From positions 416,001 to 480,000 of the forward strand of contig OZ219750.1 of the NCBI GenBank assembly GCA_964291315.2: a stretch of 64,000 bases of DNA, read 5' to 3'. The notes under the pieces are model-generated. The model was given only the letters and a program-made list of their open reading frames with translations. It was not told the DNA's origin and ran no database searches. The stretch comes from Candidatus Poribacteria bacterium (lineage in GTDB: Bacteria > Poribacteria > WGA-4E > WGA-3G). Positions 61,150 through 64,000 of this stretch are shown here, piece after piece (the stretch's first letter is position 1; each line of letters begins with the position of its first letter). Both the position numbers and the translations under genes were made by a program.

Positions 61150-62727
61150 ATGCTAACGTTTTTCCTCACGTTCTTTGTACTCCTCATCAATGCTGGTACA
61201 CATCTTTTTCAGATGCAGGGATACTATCTTGCGGTCAGCCATTGTTATTACGGTGTTGCTATTCTTGCTGTTATATACGTTAGACCTCGCGAGCAAAACG
61301 TCCTATTTGGTGTTACGGCGATAGCCAATTGGGTTTACGTTTTCCGCTATCCGGGGCAAGCGGAGGGTATCATTGTTGCACTCCTTTATCCGTTTCTTAT
61401 GTTCGGTGTTATTCGTGTCATTCGCCAATTTCAGTATCAACGCCGCAGTCGTGTTGAAGAGATAGAGGAGATAAACAGTGTCAACGCGAATTTAGAAAAA
61501 CAGATAAGAGACATCTCTACGCTTTTTGAGGTGAGCCAAGCTGCCAACGCCGACATTGAGTTGGAGGGACTCTTTCAGCGTATCATTAAGATCCTCTCTA
61601 AGCGACTCGGTATATACCGCGGGGCGTTGCATCTTTATGAGGACGGCAAGGTTGTTACGGAGGTGGAAACCTTCTTAGGCCTCACCGCTGCTGAGATGAA
61701 ACGAGGCACCGACAATCAAATAGAAGATATTCAGAGACAGGTGCTTGCATCGGGTAAAGCGATCGGTGTGCCACAAACACGGAGGTCCCGCAGTTATGTT
61801 AAACTCTTTGAACCGGAACGCCTCGAGTCGAAGGATATAATTGCGTTCTGGTGCATCCCGGTTATTATAGAGGAGCAGGTTATCGGCACCTTAACTATTG
61901 ACAAAGCATCGGATGAATTTTCGGCGGAGGACGACAGGCGGCTCTTGACAATTATCGCCTCCACCATCGCGCAACGAGTTAAAATTCAGCAGACAATTGA
62001 CGCGCTCGTTGAGTCAGAACGGATGGCAACACTCGGCAGATTGGTTGGAACTATTGCACACGAGGTGCGAAATCCTTTAGGGAGTATCCGACTTGGTACC
62101 CAACTCCTGCAGCATACTGATCTGGCGGAATCGGATTCTCCCGTCGGATTCTGTTCTAACCAGAAACGGCTTTCTCAGAACGAGGTTAAGGAATATACGG
62201 CGATCATTATCAAAGAGGTGGACAGGCTGAACCGGTTCATTGAGCAACTTCTCGCTTTCAGCAAACCGGCAATGCAAGCTACAAAACAGATAGATGTTCA
62301 TCAACTCATTGATAATAGTCTTGCTGTCTGTCGTCCGGAATTAGATCATCGTACAATTACGGTAGCAACTCAATATGATAACGATTGTCCGCAGATCAAT
62401 ATCAACGAAGACGGAATAACGCAAGTACTTCTAAACTTGTTTTACAATGCTATTGAGGCGATCGATGCAGAGGGAACGCTGAGCGTACAGACAGAATATC
62501 TACCAGAGACACAAATTGTCCAAGTGCGGGTTCAAGATGACGGCCCCGGGATTCCGCCTGAGGATATTCCAATGCTCTTCGATCCGTTTTATACCACAAA
62601 ACAGAAGGGGACTGGGCTGGGACTCTATATTAGTCAAAAGATTCTTGCCCAACACCAGGGCAGCATTGAAGTTGATGCAGATCTTGCAGTCGGCACAGCG
62701 TTTGTTATATCTTTTCTTGTAGATTAA
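61150..62727 (+). CDS. Membrane GAF-domain sensor histidine kinase (NtrB-like)
   Basis: TM N-terminus, GAF-like region, IAHEVRNPL, NLFYNAIEA, DDGPG, FDPFYTTK..GTGLGL. Confidence 0.92.
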   Translation: MLTFFLTFFVLLINAGTHLFQMQGYYLAVSHCYYGVAILAVIYVRPREQNVLFGVTAIANWVYVFRYPGQAEGIIVALLYPFLMFGVIRVIRQFQYQRRSRVEEIEEINSVNANLEKQIRDISTLFEVSQAANADIELEGLFQRIIKILSKRLGIYRGALHLYEDGKVVTEVETFLGLTAAEMKRGTDNQIEDIQRQVLASGKAIGVPQTRRSRSYVKLFEPERLESKDIIAFWCIPVIIEEQVIGTLTIDKASDEFSAEDDRRLLTIIASTIAQRVKIQQTIDALVESERMATLGRLVGTIAHEVRNPLGSIRLGTQLLQHTDLAESDSPVGFCSNQKRLSQNEVKEYTAIIIKEVDRLNRFIEQLLAFSKPAMQATKQIDVHQLIDNSLAVCRPELDHRTITVATQYDNDCPQININEDGITQVLLNLFYNAIEAIDAEGTLSVQTEYLPETQIVQVRVQDDGPGIPPEDIPMLFDPFYTTKQKGTGLGLYISQKILAQHQGSIEVDADLAVGTAFVISFLVD

Positions 62728-62872
62728 CGTGAGTTCGAGGATCCGAGTGCTGTTGTCTTCTGTAGGGGGTCTTTCTATTCCTAAGTATAGTCTACAAAAG
62801 GCAACGAAAGTCGGGCTTTGGAAATCTCTCGTACAGAAGAGGGTTTTAATAGCGAAACTAATGGGGAAGAAT

Positions 62873-64000
62873 ATGTCGAATGTAGTCCTTATCGCTGATG
62901 ATGATCATAGTCTGCGACATATACTCGCTGCGACTCTCGAAAGGGCAGGCTATGATACCGTCAAGGCGAGAAATGGAAGTGAAACCTTGGAGGCTGTCAA
63001 GCGAGCTAATGTTGATGTCATTCTGCTCGATATTTGGTTAGGTGATGTGAATGGGCTAGCGTTGATTGAGGAAATCCAACAGCATAATAGCACTGCCTCG
63101 ATCATTATAATTACGGCACATGGAACGACGCAGACCGCTATTGATGCAGCGAAGCAACGTGCTTATTGGTATTTGACGAAACCGATTGACCAGAGGCAGC
63201 TCTTGGAGCTGGTGGAGCGCGCTGCTGATGCGAGCAACCAGACGAAGAGCGCTAGCACATCTGTACTGCCTGATGTTGACAAACAGGGCAGAATAGTTGG
63301 GCAGGGCCCGGCGATGCAGGAGATATACCTTAAGATTGGACGCGCCGCCGTCAGTGACGAAACCGTCCTTGTTTTAGGCGAGAGCGGTACCGGAAAGGAG
63401 CTTGTCGCCCAATTGATTCACCAAAACAGTCATCGGGCACATAATCCGTTCGTTGTTGTCGATTGTGGGGCTATGCCGTCTAGTCTTATCGAGAGCACGC
63501 TCTTTGGGCACGTCAAAGGTGCGTATACTGATGCCCACACCGCGAGAAAGGGGAAATTTCAACAAGCAGATAGTGGGACGATTTTTCTTGATGAAATTGG
63601 GGAGCTGCCAGTTGAAGTCCAGATGAAACTCCTCCGCGTGCTACAGGAGCGAGAGGTAGAACCGATGGGAGGCACCGAAACACATGCTGTTGATGTCCGC
63701 ATTATTGCAGCGACTAACCGCCGTCTTGAAACCGCAATTAAACAGAGGGTGTTCAGAGAAGACCTTTACTATCGTCTTAACGTTATTCCGATTTCGCTGC
63801 CACCTCTCCGGGAAAGAAAAGAGGATATTCCAGAACTGATAGATCTATTTACGCACCGGTTTGTAGAAGAATATGAGCTCCCAGAAATTCGTATCTCCAC
63901 GGAGGTCATCAAACTCCTCACATCTTATGAGTGGCCCGGCAACGTTCGCGAATTGGAGAACACTATCAAGCGCGCATTGGTCATGTGTGCGGGCCAGATG
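62873..64000 (+). CDS. Sigma54-dependent response regulator (NtrC family), truncated by the window end
   Basis: LIADDD receiver, LLDIW, ITAHG, GESGTGKE, LFGHVKGAYT, FLDEIG, FREDLYYRLNV, WPGNVRELEN; absent from the ORF track because it has no stop codon in the window. Confidence 0.93.
   Translation, partial: MSNVVLIADDDHSLRHILAATLERAGYDTVKARNGSETLEAVKRANVDVILLDIWLGDVNGLALIEEIQQHNSTASIIIITAHGTTQTAIDAAKQRAYWYLTKPIDQRQLLELVERAADASNQTKSASTSVLPDVDKQGRIVGQGPAMQEIYLKIGRAAVSDETVLVLGESGTGKELVAQLIHQNSHRAHNPFVVVDCGAMPSSLIESTLFGHVKGAYTDAHTARKGKFQQADSGTIFLDEIGELPVEVQMKLLRVLQEREVEPMGGTETHAVDVRIIAATNRRLETAIKQRVFREDLYYRLNVIPISLPPLRERKEDIPELIDLFTHRFVEEYELPEIRISTEVIKLLTSYEWPGNVRELENTIKRALVMCAGQM

Noticed and set aside
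1-64000. CRISPR array, tRNA, rRNA, prophage or reverse-transcriptase (DGR) genes
   Set aside because: I recognised no regularly spaced repeats, cloverleaf or rRNA motifs, phage genes or RT motifs. The TRD differences are wholesale, not adenine-specific as in DGRs.

Overview
Bacterial chromosomal window of moderate GC. The C-terminal 'GKLTTRWGELK' lamin-tail protein, the WD40/dockerin remnant and the ankyrin, TPR and CRTAC1 proteins suggest Candidatus Poribacteria or a similar sponge symbiont (inference). Housekeeping and catabolic genes include hslU, sppA, rimK-like, radC, rlmB, iolC/iolD, eda, two CNNM/TlyC genes, folE plus a double PTPS, a rhodanese, ribD/E/BA/H, hisH and an NtrB/NtrC-like pair. 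There are several pseudogene remnants and a family of heptamer-periodic intergenic repeats. Main observations: (1) Two ~2.27 kb copies of an orphan Type III Mod methyltransferase cassette lie 37 kb apart. They are almost identical except for an exchanged ~650 bp target-recognition domain, are both out of frame at the same G8 tract, each carry their own promoter and are bracketed by ~73 bp imperfect direct repeats, with no res gene. This looks like a dispersed, phase-variable, specificity-swapping methylation system. (2) A selenoprotein missed by the ORF track: an AhpC/TSA-like protein with a UxxS motif, a SECIS-like hairpin and a probable leaderless mRNA. (3) A variant SAM-clan-like riboswitch upstream of the sulfurtransferase and pterin genes. 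All calls were made by eye, without database searches.
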